Shown: piece after piece, positions 6,740 through 15,194 of the stretch
Position numbering within the stretch: the stretch's first letter is position 1
How the letters are laid out: the number at the start of each line of letters is the position of its first letter
DNA from: Candidatus Omnitrophota bacterium
GTDB lineage: Bacteria > Omnitrophota > Gorgyraeia > Zapsychrales > JANLHA01
Assembly (NCBI GenBank): GCA_963662715.1
Contig: OY759724.1
Coordinates: forward strand, 3,030,001-3,062,000
DNA length: 32,000 nucleotides
Direction: 5' to 3'
The notes under the pieces: generated by a model
The model's input: only the letters and a program-made list of their open reading frames with translations
Database searches by the model: none
What the model was told of the DNA's origin: nothing
Made by a program: the position numbers and the translations under genes

Positions 6740-8392
6740 ATGGCTTTAAGACGTTTTTTACTTATTACACTCTTTTGTCTAATGACGTTGATTTCGTCTT
6801 TCAATTTTTCGTTTGCCGAAGATTCAAATAATGGTTCGGTTTCTGCTGTTTATATTACAGGAATCGGTTGCGGGAATTGCGCGGTAACAGATCCCAGGCT
6901 ATTTATTGAGACAGTAGATGTTAATCCTGATTTGATAATTTTTGAATATGAGATTTACAAAAACAGAGAGGCGAATCAGGAAACCAAGAATGAATATTTT
7001 AAAAATTATATAAAAGATAATCGTCCGGGAGTGCCTTTTTTGATTCTCAACAAAGAGCAGACTTATATGGGGCGGTTTAATGTAATGAAGGCATCAGAGG
7101 ACATTATTAACATAACCTCAAATGATTATCCGATGCCTGATGGCTCATCAATAAGTTTTCAGGATTTGGATATCACTCATATCCCAGGGAACGTGAAAAT
7201 ATGGACAAAAAACAGGGTGCTTTTATCTGGAGAAGGAGGAGACAATACACTTCTAAAAAAATTCCTTTTAGAAAAAGATTTATCTGTAGCTTTAGATGGA
7301 GTGAATTTTTCAAAGGTTGCTCCACAACCAATCTCTATCTCTCAAGATGAAATTGTTTTTTCTCATGCAGTTAAACTTGACGGCTGGACTTTGCAATGGA
7401 ACGGAGATGATGTAAAACCTGTCATTAAAAAGAAAAAGTCGTTATCAGGGTATCACTTGTACGGGATACTTCTTGTTTTGATTTTTTTAGCAATTGTTCT
7501 ATCTTCGTTTAGAGTCCGAAAAACAGGCAAAGGAATGCCCGTTAAATTCGAATTAAAAGGCCGATTGAGAGATTGTATTATCGCGTTGTCTTCATTTAGT
7601 GCATTAGCGGTATTTTTTGTTTTAGCTAAAGGTGTTACTCCTGATTTATTAGAGAATATGGGATACAAAATGCCTTTGCCTCTTTTTACGTTTTGTATTG
7701 CTCTTGTCGACGGATTTAATCCCTGCAACATGTTTGTTTTAACTTGCCTTTTAGCCCTTCTTGTATCAACATCAGATTCCCGAAAAAGGCTTTTTGCCGT
7801 GGCATTAAGTTTCGTTGGAATGGTGTATATTTTTTATTTCATGTTTATGGCAGCCTGGCTCAATGTTTTTAAATACATCAGTTTTATTGACCCGTTACGA
7901 ATTACTATTGCTTTATTGGCGTTGATTGCGGGATTTATCAACTGTAAGGAGTTGTTCTTTTTCAAAAAAGGAATTTCGTTGACTATTCAGGATCAGCATA
8001 AAGGCCCGCTAATGAAGCGTATCGACAAGATGAAGGAGATTATTCAAAACGGATCTTTTCCATTGTTGATATCATCTTCCATTGCCTTGGCTACTTTTGC
8101 GTCACTTGTCGAATTGCCATGTACGGCAGGATTCCCAATAATTTATACCGGCATATTATCCGGGCGGGGAATGGAGAGCTCACTAAGCTATTATCTTTAT
8201 CTGGTGTTGTACAATTTCGTTTATGTTCTCCCGTTATTAATCATTGTAACCATTTTTATATACACATTCAGAGTGAGAAAAATCACCCAAAGGCAGATAG
8301 AAATAATTAAGTTTATTGGCGGGATTATTATGATTTTATTAGGAATTGTCCTGCTGGTTAATCCGGGATTAATCGGATTGGGAATCGGATAA
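6740..8392 (+). CDS. Membrane protein: signal peptide + extracytoplasmic CxxC domain + DsbD/CcdA-like polytopic thiol-disulfide transporter domain
   Basis: The signal-like N-terminus is MALRRFLLITLFCLMTLISSFNFSFA, followed by GIGCGNCAV. There are about 8 hydrophobic helices, with Cys embedded in GFNPCNMFVL and VELPCTAGFPIIY, reminiscent of the two PC motifs of CcdA/DsbD. Confidence 0.6.
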   Translation: MALRRFLLITLFCLMTLISSFNFSFAEDSNNGSVSAVYITGIGCGNCAVTDPRLFIETVDVNPDLIIFEYEIYKNREANQETKNEYFKNYIKDNRPGVPFLILNKEQTYMGRFNVMKASEDIINITSNDYPMPDGSSISFQDLDITHIPGNVKIWTKNRVLLSGEGGDNTLLKKFLLEKDLSVALDGVNFSKVAPQPISISQDEIVFSHAVKLDGWTLQWNGDDVKPVIKKKKSLSGYHLYGILLVLIFLAIVLSSFRVRKTGKGMPVKFELKGRLRDCIIALSSFSALAVFFVLAKGVTPDLLENMGYKMPLPLFTFCIALVDGFNPCNMFVLTCLLALLVSTSDSRKRLFAVALSFVGMVYIFYFMFMAAWLNVFKYISFIDPLRITIALLALIAGFINCKELFFFKKGISLTIQDQHKGPLMKRIDKMKEIIQNGSFPLLISSSIALATFASLVELPCTAGFPIIYTGILSGRGMESSLSYYLYLVLYNFVYVLPLLIIVTIFIYTFRVRKITQRQIEIIKFIGGIIMILLGIVLLVNPGLIGLGIG

Positions 8393-9414
8393 TGGAACAA
8401 GAATTTTATTCTCGATTATCACAAAAGGCATTATCAGGTGGGTTTTTAACAAAAGAGGATGCCGCTGCTATTTTGAGATCAGAAAAGATTGATCTGTTGC
8501 TATTGTTGAACGCGGCTTATAACGTCCGTAAAAAATATTTTAGCAATCAAGTTAAAATTCACGTTATTAATAATGTGCAAAATGGGCGTTGTTCTGAGGA
8601 TTGCCGGTATTGCGCTTAATCAAAAGAAGCGAATGCAAAAATAAATGAGTATCCCATGAAATCCGACGAGCGAATTATTCAGGAAGCGAAAAATGCTTAT
8701 GAAAACGGTGCGTTTCGATATTGCATGGTTTTTTCTGGCAAGCGAGTGTCAAAAAAACGGGCAGTACGTTTATCAAATTTAATCCGCAAAATCAAATCAA
8801 AATATCCTATTCAGGTTTGTGCTTCTCATGGGCAAGTCGATAAAGAAGTTGCATTGGTTTTAAAAGAAGCGGGTTTAAACAGAATAAATCATAATTTGAA
8901 CACATCACAGCGATATTACCCGCAAATTTGCACAACACATACTTATGAAGACAGGCTTGCGACTTTAAGAACCGCTCGTGAGGTCGGGCTTCAGATTTGT
9001 TCGGGCGTTATTATCGGAATGGGGGAGACAGTGGATGACATTTTTGAATCAGCCTGCGCGTTAAGAGATCTGAAAATAGAATCAATCCCGATAAATTATT
9101 TTATACCGATACCAGGAGTCAAGTTAGATATAAAACCCGATTTAAGCCCGGAATATTGTTTGCGAGTATTATCTCTTTATCGATTTTTAAATCCACGAGC
9201 GGAAATACGGGTAGCAGCAGGCTGGGAAATATATTTTCGAAGTATGCAGGTTATGGCCTTTTATCCGGCAAATTCTTTTTTTATGGAAGGATATCTTAAT
9301 AGTCAGGGGAGTTCCAAGAAGTTTATTTATCAAATGATTAAAGACGCTGGATTTAATATTAACTCTAATTACTCTTTGGATGAGCTTATTGAGGGAAGTC
9401 GAAAAAATGAATAA
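8392..9414 (+). pseudogene. bioB: Biotin synthase interrupted by one in-frame TAA (8617-8619)
   Basis: ORFs 8392..8619 and 8656..9414 are in the same frame. The N-terminal piece ends CSEDCRYCA-TAA-S, where BioB has CxxxCxYCxQS. The C-terminal piece has FRYCMVFSG, INHNLNTSQRYY...TTHTYEDRLATL and QICSGVIIGMGET, matching BioB. Confidence 0.85.
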
Positions 9415-10258
9415 AAATTTTGAAAAAGAAATACAGCAGGAAAAACGCCTTAAAGAAAATTTGGAGAAGATTAAAAATAAATTAATTGTTATCAGCGGTA
9501 AAGGCGGGGTCGGTAAAACAACTGTTGCTGTTAATTTGGCTTACGGGCTGGCTGTTAAAGGGAATAAGGTAGGTATTCTTGACGTGGATATCCACGGACC
9601 CAACATCGCAAAAATGCTGGGAATTGAAGGAAAAAAGCTGGAAGGTTCAGAAGCAGGTATTGAGCCAGTTGAAGTGCTGCCGAATTTAAAAGCTGTCAGT
9701 ATTGCTTTTTTGATAGAAGATCAGGATACCCCTATAGTCTGGAGAGGGCCGCTTAAAATGATTACTATCAAACAGTTTTTAAGTGATGTCAACTGGGGAA
9801 ATCTTGATTATTTAATAGTCGATTTTCCTCCTGGAACGGGTGATGAACCGCTAAGCGTTTGCCAGTTAATTCCGGATGTAAACGGTGCGATAGTCGTAAC
9901 GACTCCACAAGATGTTGCCATATTAGATTCAAGAAAGAGCGTTCAGTTTGCGAAAGAGTTAAAGATCCCGGTTTTAGGGATAATTGAAAATATGAGCGGT
10001 TTTGTATGCCCTCATTGCGAAAAGGAGATTGATTTGTTCGGCACCGGGGGTGGAGAAAAAGCCGCTCACGACTTGAAAGTTCCTTTTATGGGTAAAATTC
10101 CTATGGAACCTGAAATGGTGAAGTCAGGGGATTCAGGGCAACCGTTTATTCATTTTAAAAATGAGACAAAAACAGCGAGTGTTATGAATGAAATAATCAA
10201 TTATATTAGCGACTGTTTGGAAAATAATGAAAAGTTCAAAAAAGTGCATATGGTTTGA
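9407..10258 (+). CDS. mrp: Mrp/NBP35 (ApbC) family Fe-S cluster carrier ATPase
   Basis: It has the deviant Walker [20 protein letters not shown] and the cluster-bridging CPHC motif. ATG 9407 (with GAGGGA 9 nt upstream) is preferred over the track start 9380, which lies inside bioB. Confidence 0.9.
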   Translation: MNKNFEKEIQQEKRLKENLEKIKNKLIVISGKGGVGKTTVAVNLAYGLAVKGNKVGILDVDIHGPNIAKMLGIEGKKLEGSEAGIEPVEVLPNLKAVSIAFLIEDQDTPIVWRGPLKMITIKQFLSDVNWGNLDYLIVDFPPGTGDEPLSVCQLIPDVNGAIVVTTPQDVAILDSRKSVQFAKELKIPVLGIIENMSGFVCPHCEKEIDLFGTGGGEKAAHDLKVPFMGKIPMEPEMVKSGDSGQPFIHFKNETKTASVMNEIINYISDCLENNEKFKKVHMV

Positions 10259-10430
10259 TGTGTGTCCGCTTAAGAGGTTTTATGCGCAGGGCAAATTGGA
10301 TAAAAAATGGATTGAGGATTATTGTTTTGGTGATTTTTTAAAATGTACACGATATAAAATGGAACAAGAAGGTGTTTTTCATCCCGATAATATGATGCCT
10401 GACGGCACAATAGACAAGAGGTTTAAATGA
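10227..10430 (+). CDS. Small Cys-rich protein (67 aa), conserved hypothetical
   Basis: [13 protein letters not shown]...[29 protein letters not shown] resembles a small family I recall from Clostridia and methanogens, which I believe is often mis-annotated. It overlaps both neighbours (mrp end and radical-SAM start). Confidence 0.55.
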   Translation: MKSSKKCIWFDVCPLKRFYAQGKLDKKWIEDYCFGDFLKCTRYKMEQEGVFHPDNMMPDGTIDKRFK

Positions 10431-11203
10431 ATCAGAAAAAATATAAATATATTTATGGTCCGGTTCCTTCCTGGAGATTAGGCAGTTCTTTGGGAATTGA
10501 TCCGGTCTCAAAAGGAAGAAAAATATGCAGTTTTGACTGTATCTATTGTCAGATTGGAAAAGCCGGTTTAATGACAGATGAGCGGGGAATTTTTATTAAT
10601 TGTAGCGATATTATCGAAGAGATTGATTCATTGCCGCCTTTAAAAATTGATTATATTACATTTTCCGGAGCCGGAGAACCGACTCTGGCAGCTAATTTAG
10701 GCAAGATGATAAAAGCTGTGAGGCAGATTAGGAAAGAAAAAGTTGCGGTTATCTCCAATTCTTTTTTATTTTGTAAGGAAGATGTAAGAAGAGATTTACA
10801 ATTAGCGGATTTTGTTATAGCAAAACTTGATGCACCCACACAGGAAGTATTAACGGCTATTAATCAGCCGATAAAAACAATTGATATCGAAAAAATAATC
10901 TCGGGAATAAAGACGTTTAAGAAAATGTATAAAGGAAAATTGGCGTTGCAAATCATGTTTATTGAAAAAAATAAGGAATTTGCCGAAGATATCGCACAGA
11001 TTGCCAGGGAGATTAATCCGGACGAAGTCCAAATCAATACTCCGCTTCGACCATGCGGAGTAAGGCCTTTGCCTGAATTTGAAATTGATAAAATTGAATC
11101 GCTTTTCGAGGGGTTAAAAACTGTTTCTGTATATAAAGCGGAAAGAAAAAAGATTCGTCCACTCAGCGATGAGGAGACATTGAAAAGAAGAGGAAAAATA
11201 TAG
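10427..11203 (+). CDS. Radical SAM protein (small, archaeal-type YGPVPSxRLGxSLGI family)
   Basis: The CxxxCxxC motif is present in the sequence SFDCIYCQIG. The N-terminus is YGPVPSWRLGSSLGIDP, and ITFSGAGEPTL provides the GGE-like SAM motif. Confidence 0.8.
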   Translation: MNQKKYKYIYGPVPSWRLGSSLGIDPVSKGRKICSFDCIYCQIGKAGLMTDERGIFINCSDIIEEIDSLPPLKIDYITFSGAGEPTLAANLGKMIKAVRQIRKEKVAVISNSFLFCKEDVRRDLQLADFVIAKLDAPTQEVLTAINQPIKTIDIEKIISGIKTFKKMYKGKLALQIMFIEKNKEFAEDIAQIAREINPDEVQINTPLRPCGVRPLPEFEIDKIESLFEGLKTVSVYKAERKKIRPLSDEETLKRRGKI

Positions 11204-11679
11204 TGTTTGTTTTTAAAATTAAAAAATACCCGGAAAAAGTTTTACGGGAAAAATGCCGACCAGTACAGGCCGTCACAGAAAGAGAAAAGAATATTTTTCA
11301 GAAAATGTTGCGCACAATGTATCATTTCAAAGGTATAGGGCTGGCAGCTCCCCAAGTAGGCATTACAGAAAGATTGATTGTTGCCGATATCGGTGAAGGT
11401 GCGGTGACTTTAGCTAATCCGCAGATAATTAACGTGAAAGAAAATGATGAGTTAGAAGAAGGTTGCTTAAGTATCCCTCAAGCACAAGTCAATGTATTAA
11501 GGAGTTATGAAATAACGGTTAATGGATTAAATGAAAAAGGAGAATTGCAAGAGATGAAGGTCAAAGGCTTGATGGCGAGAGTGCTTCAGCATGAAATTGA
11601 TCATTTAGAAGGGAAAATGATTATTGATTATTTCCCTTTATGGGAAAAAATTAAATTTGGAATAAACCGAAAGAGGTAA
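11203..11679 (+). CDS. def: Peptide deformylase
   Basis: All three PDF motifs are present: GIGLAAPQVG, EGCLS and HEIDHL. It has a GTG start overlapping the upstream stop. Confidence 0.95.
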   Translation: MFVFKIKKYPEKVLREKCRPVQAVTEREKNIFQKMLRTMYHFKGIGLAAPQVGITERLIVADIGEGAVTLANPQIINVKENDELEEGCLSIPQAQVNVLRSYEITVNGLNEKGELQEMKVKGLMARVLQHEIDHLEGKMIIDYFPLWEKIKFGINRKR

Positions 11680-11680
11680 T

Positions 11681-11947
11681 ATGCCGACTTATCAATATTT
11701 ATGTGAATCTTGTGGCCACCAGTTTGAAAAAATGCAGGGAATGACGGATCCGCGGCTTAAAGTTTGCCCTAAGTGCGGGAAAACTTTAAGCAGATTAATA
11801 GGAACAGGAGGAGGAATTATTATCAAAGGAAGCAGATCCACAATGAGTAATTTAAAAAATGATTTTTCTTCGGGACAAACTTGCTGTGGAAGAGAAGAAC
11901 GCTGCGATACTCCTCCATGTTCGGATGATGGTGTATGTAAAAGGTGA
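11681..11947 (+). CDS. FmdB-family zinc-ribbon protein (CxxC_CxxC_SSSS type)
   Basis: MPTYQYLCESCGHQFE...VCPKCG is the family signature. The C-terminal tail is Cys-rich. Confidence 0.85.
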   Translation: MPTYQYLCESCGHQFEKMQGMTDPRLKVCPKCGKTLSRLIGTGGGIIIKGSRSTMSNLKNDFSSGQTCCGREERCDTPPCSDDGVCKR

Positions 11948-11954
11948 AATCGAT

Positions 11955-12704
11955 ATGGATTTAGCAATTCATCAGCTTATCTATTTTTTGATCGGCTTTG
12001 GGTCGGGGTGGGCTAGCGGCATGTTTGGGATAGGAGGAGGCTCTATAAGGACACCGTTGCTTTATTTTGCCGGTTTACCGTTACGGTCCGCATTCGGTAT
12101 TAATTTTATTGTGATTCCCTTTTCTTCCTTTACGGGCGCATTAACCCATAAAAGAAACATCGCGAACGAAATAGGGATTTGGGTAATTATTGCTGGTGTT
12201 TTTGGTGAATTACTGGGTGCGTATCACGTAGGTCTTATTCCGGTTAAATTTTTAACAATTATATATGTCATTATTTGTTTTGTTGTGGTCTTCGGTATTT
12301 TGAAGGAAAGAATATTTTCTGTTTTTGCCAAAACAAAACAAGCTGACAAAAAAACATTTGCTATAGCTTCATTTTTTGTAAGTTATATTACTGGTCTGAG
12401 GGGCGGAAGCGGAGGACAAATTTTTCCGGCACTTTTTAAAACATTGGGAATGGAAACACGTCAGTCTATTGCTACATCACTGGTCGTATCAATGTTTACT
12501 GCTCTCGGCGCAATTCCTATATATTGGGCAAGAGGAGATTTAGTTTGGTTGCCGGCCATATCGGTTTTAATTGGTTCAATCATAGGAGCAAGAATGGGAA
12601 GCAAATTTTCTTTAAAAACAAAACCAGTATGGTTAGAAAACGGTCTTGCATTAGTTACCATAATTTTGGCCTTTTTAGTTTTGATTAAAGGAGTATTTCA
12701 ATAA
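11955..12704 (+). CDS. TauE/SafE-family anion (sulfite-type) exporter membrane protein
   Basis: It has FGIGGGSIRTPLL and a second half with LRGGSGGQIF, plus about 7-8 TM helices. ATG 11955 is chosen because the track start 11859 lies 89 nt inside the fmdB-like gene. Confidence 0.75.
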   Translation: MDLAIHQLIYFLIGFGSGWASGMFGIGGGSIRTPLLYFAGLPLRSAFGINFIVIPFSSFTGALTHKRNIANEIGIWVIIAGVFGELLGAYHVGLIPVKFLTIIYVIICFVVVFGILKERIFSVFAKTKQADKKTFAIASFFVSYITGLRGGSGGQIFPALFKTLGMETRQSIATSLVVSMFTALGAIPIYWARGDLVWLPAISVLIGSIIGARMGSKFSLKTKPVWLENGLALVTIILAFLVLIKGVFQ

Positions 12705-12729
12705 TGAATAATGAAAACAGGGGGATGGA

Positions 12730-14073
12730 ATGAAAAAAATAGTTGTAATAGGTTGTTCCGGTTGTGGCGCCATGGCGGCCTTAATGTTAAAAAAATTAAG
12801 ACCCTCTTTGGATGTAACAATAATCAGAGAGCCGGAAGAGAAGGGATTATTAACAAGGTGTGCAACACCCTATATCTGTTGCGGCGATGTGATGGTAGAT
12901 GCATCTTATAAAGATGATAATATTTTTACGGAACAAGGAATTAAATTAATAAGTATGAAAGCTGTAGATATATATAAGGATAAAAAGAATGTAAAAACAT
13001 CCGATGGAAATATTTATTCTTATGACAAACTTGTTTTGGCGACCGGCGCTAAACCTGTTATGCCTCCAGTCCCGGGAGTTAATTTGCCAGGGGTTTTTAC
13101 TCTCCGCACAAGCGGTGATGCCGTGAATATTCTTAATTGGATAAATTCTCAACGTGTAAAAAATGTTGTATTGGTAGGTGCCGGTGCAATAGGTATTGAG
13201 AAGGCCTATTTGCTTTCCCGCCGGGGTCTTAAAGTGACACTTGTGGAAATGCAAGCTCATGTTATGCCAACTATTTTAGATAGTGATATGAGTGAAGATT
13301 TGCAGACCTATATGTTGCAGAAAGGCGTGCATCTGAAATTAAATAAAAAGATAATTTCAATTAATGGTCAGGAACATGTGGAGGGAATAAAGCTGGATTC
13401 AGGTGAAGAAATAAACGCGGAAATGGTGGTTATTTCAGCAGGGGCGCGTTGCAATATTGAACTTGCTAAAAATGCGGGATTAGATTTGGGTGATCTTGGG
13501 TTAAAAGTTGATGATTATTTACAAACTTCGGACTCTGATATATTTGCCGGAGGAGATCTTATAGAATACAAAAATCATATTACGGGCAAGCCCATGCTTG
13601 GACAATTACGTCCAAACGCCGTAATTGCGGGCAGGATTATTGCCAAAAATATTTTAGGTTTTGATATTAAATATCCTTCTTTAATTAATAGTTTTTGCAC
13701 TAAATTTTTTGATAAATCAATGGCCGGAGCAGGTATGACCGAATTTGAGGCAAAACAGGAAGGTATTGAAGTTATTGCCGCAAAACAAAAATCTACAAGT
13801 ATGCATTCTATGATGAGAGAGCGCAAGCCGTATGTTGTTAAATTGATATTTGATAAACAAAGTCAAAAATTAATAGGCGGGCAAATTGTCAGTGATTCCG
13901 AGTGCCCGGTAAAATCCATTGATGTTATTGCGATGGCTATAAAATGTAATTTGAAAATATTGGATTTAATTACTTTTAGAGGAGCGGGCCAACCGGAGTT
14001 GTCTCCTGACCCCGGCAAGGAACCCATAGCGTTAGCAGCTGAGAATGTTTTTGCTAAATTGCACAATGGTTAG
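12730..14073 (+). CDS. Pyridine nucleotide-disulfide oxidoreductase, CoA-disulfide reductase / NADH oxidase (single-Cys) family
   Basis: The FAD fold is KIVVIGCSGCGAMAA. The single redox Cys in RCATPY aligns with the (S/N)CxLPY of Nox/CoADR. The NAD fold is VVLVGAGAIGIE...VTLVE, and GGD follows near the C-terminal FAD motif. Confidence 0.8.
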   Translation: MKKIVVIGCSGCGAMAALMLKKLRPSLDVTIIREPEEKGLLTRCATPYICCGDVMVDASYKDDNIFTEQGIKLISMKAVDIYKDKKNVKTSDGNIYSYDKLVLATGAKPVMPPVPGVNLPGVFTLRTSGDAVNILNWINSQRVKNVVLVGAGAIGIEKAYLLSRRGLKVTLVEMQAHVMPTILDSDMSEDLQTYMLQKGVHLKLNKKIISINGQEHVEGIKLDSGEEINAEMVVISAGARCNIELAKNAGLDLGDLGLKVDDYLQTSDSDIFAGGDLIEYKNHITGKPMLGQLRPNAVIAGRIIAKNILGFDIKYPSLINSFCTKFFDKSMAGAGMTEFEAKQEGIEVIAAKQKSTSMHSMMRERKPYVVKLIFDKQSQKLIGGQIVSDSECPVKSIDVIAMAIKCNLKILDLITFRGAGQPELSPDPGKEPIALAAENVFAKLHNG

Positions 14074-14079
14074 AAATTC

Positions 14080-14132
14080 TTGATTTATTTTTGCCTTGTG
14101 GTATTATCATATGCGAATATTTGAATATGATA
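14080..14132 (+). promoter_or_regulatory. Sigma70-like promoter with overlapping inverted-repeat operator upstream of arsR-family gene
   Basis: TTGATT (14080-85), a 16-nt spacer and TG-n-TATTAT (extended -10, 14099-14107) form the promoter. The 8-bp inverted repeat TATCATAT (14105-12) / ATATGATA (14125-32) has a 12-nt spacer and overlaps the -10. AAGGAGG precedes the ATG at 14149. Confidence 0.55.
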
Positions 14133-14148
14133 ATAAAGGAGGCGTGAA

Positions 14149-14424
14149 ATGAATACTTTAAAAAACAAAAAAATTTCTAATTTTTTCAATGCTCTTTCGC
14201 ATCCTGTTCGGGTCGAGATAGTCACCGAGTTATTAAAAGGGACAAAATGTGTCAGCGATATTAAAGAGCTTATAGCGATAAATCAGCCTAATGTTTCTCA
14301 GCATTTATCTATTTTGAAAGCAAAAAATATTGTGGATTGGCAACAGGAAGGTAAAAGGAAGTGTTATTTTTTAAAGAAACCAAAATTAATAAAAAATATT
14401 TTAAACGCACTGCAAAAATTATAA
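14149..14424 (+). CDS. ArsR/SmtB-family winged-helix transcriptional regulator
   Basis: ALSHPVRVEIVTELLKGTKCVSDIKELIAINQPNVSQHLSILKAKNIV is the canonical ArsR HTH region. Only one Cys occupies the ELCVCDL-equivalent position. Confidence 0.9.
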   Translation: MNTLKNKKISNFFNALSHPVRVEIVTELLKGTKCVSDIKELIAINQPNVSQHLSILKAKNIVDWQQEGKRKCYFLKKPKLIKNILNALQKL

Positions 14425-14440
14425 ATAATCGAAGGAAAAA

Positions 14441-14764
14441 ATGCATAAAGTAAATACTAAAAAATGTCTTGGATGCGGGGTATGCATTAATAGTTGTCCT
14501 CAAGGGGCTATATTTATAATCGACGATAAAGCAAGTATTGACTCAGTTAAATGCATTGATTGTGGCAGGTGTGTTCAAGCTTGCCCGCAAGGTGCAATTT
14601 ATTCAGATGGCTCATCAAAGCAGGAGATTATTCCCGGGCAGTCTGTAATGTCTTCAGGATTTGGAATGGGAGGTGGCCAAGGACGCGGTAGGGGGCGTGG
14701 TTTAGGAAGATGCTTGCGCGATGGGAGAGGAAAAGGCAGAGGTGGTGGGGGCAGGAGAAGATAA
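14441..14764 (+). CDS. 2x[4Fe-4S] ferredoxin fused to a Gly/Arg-rich (RGG) C-terminal tail
   Basis: CLGCGVCINSCP and CIDCGRCVQACP are followed by GFGMGGGQGRGRGRGLGRCLRDGRGKGRGGGGRRR. Confidence 0.85.
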   Translation: MHKVNTKKCLGCGVCINSCPQGAIFIIDDKASIDSVKCIDCGRCVQACPQGAIYSDGSSKQEIIPGQSVMSSGFGMGGGQGRGRGRGLGRCLRDGRGKGRGGGGRRR

Positions 14765-14793
14765 ATTTTTAACTAATATTATGGAGGTCAAAA

Positions 14794-15144
14794 ATGCCAT
14801 GGATTAAAGAAGAAAAATGTGTTAGCTGCGGAATTTGTATTGAAAAATGCCCGGTAGATGCTATTTCAATGCAAACTGAAAAAGCACAGATCAATATGGA
14901 GAAGTGTATCCATTGTGGGACATGTCACAGTGTTTGTCCGCAGGAGGCGGTTAGGCACGACGGAGAGAAAATACCTCAATATATAGAACTTAATGTTGAG
15001 AAGACAAAAAAGTTTATGGATCTTTGTGCCAAACATTTAGGTTCGGAAGATGAGGGGAAAAAATGTTTGGAAAGGATGAAAAAAATTTTTAACAAAGAAA
15101 AGCTTATTATAGAAAAAACATTAGAAGAGCTTGATAAATTATAG
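14794..15144 (+). CDS. 2x[4Fe-4S] ferredoxin with helical C-terminal extension
   Basis: CVSCGICIEKCP and CIHCGTCHSVCP are followed by a K/E-rich extension of about 55 aa. Confidence 0.85.
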   Translation: MPWIKEEKCVSCGICIEKCPVDAISMQTEKAQINMEKCIHCGTCHSVCPQEAVRHDGEKIPQYIELNVEKTKKFMDLCAKHLGSEDEGKKCLERMKKIFNKEKLIIEKTLEELDKL

Positions 15145-15194
15145 TATCGGGCATCAAATGAAAAAGGCGTTTAACATAAGGCAGGAAAAGGAAA

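Noticed and set aside
8617-8619. TAA reassigned to Gln (alternative genetic code) as an explanation for the bioB stop
   Set aside because: Many well-delimited genes in this window end at TAA with normal lengths (for example 539..712, 725..1135 and acpP at 24039-24041). I found no other gene with an in-frame TAA. A single C-to-T nonsense change or a sequencing error is far simpler.
11859-11954. Upstream extension of the TauE/SafE gene given by the track (start 11859)
   Set aside because: It lies entirely inside the fmdB-like CDS in another frame, and its product (MIFLRDKLAVEE...) is not membrane-like. ATG 11955 starts directly at the first TM helix.
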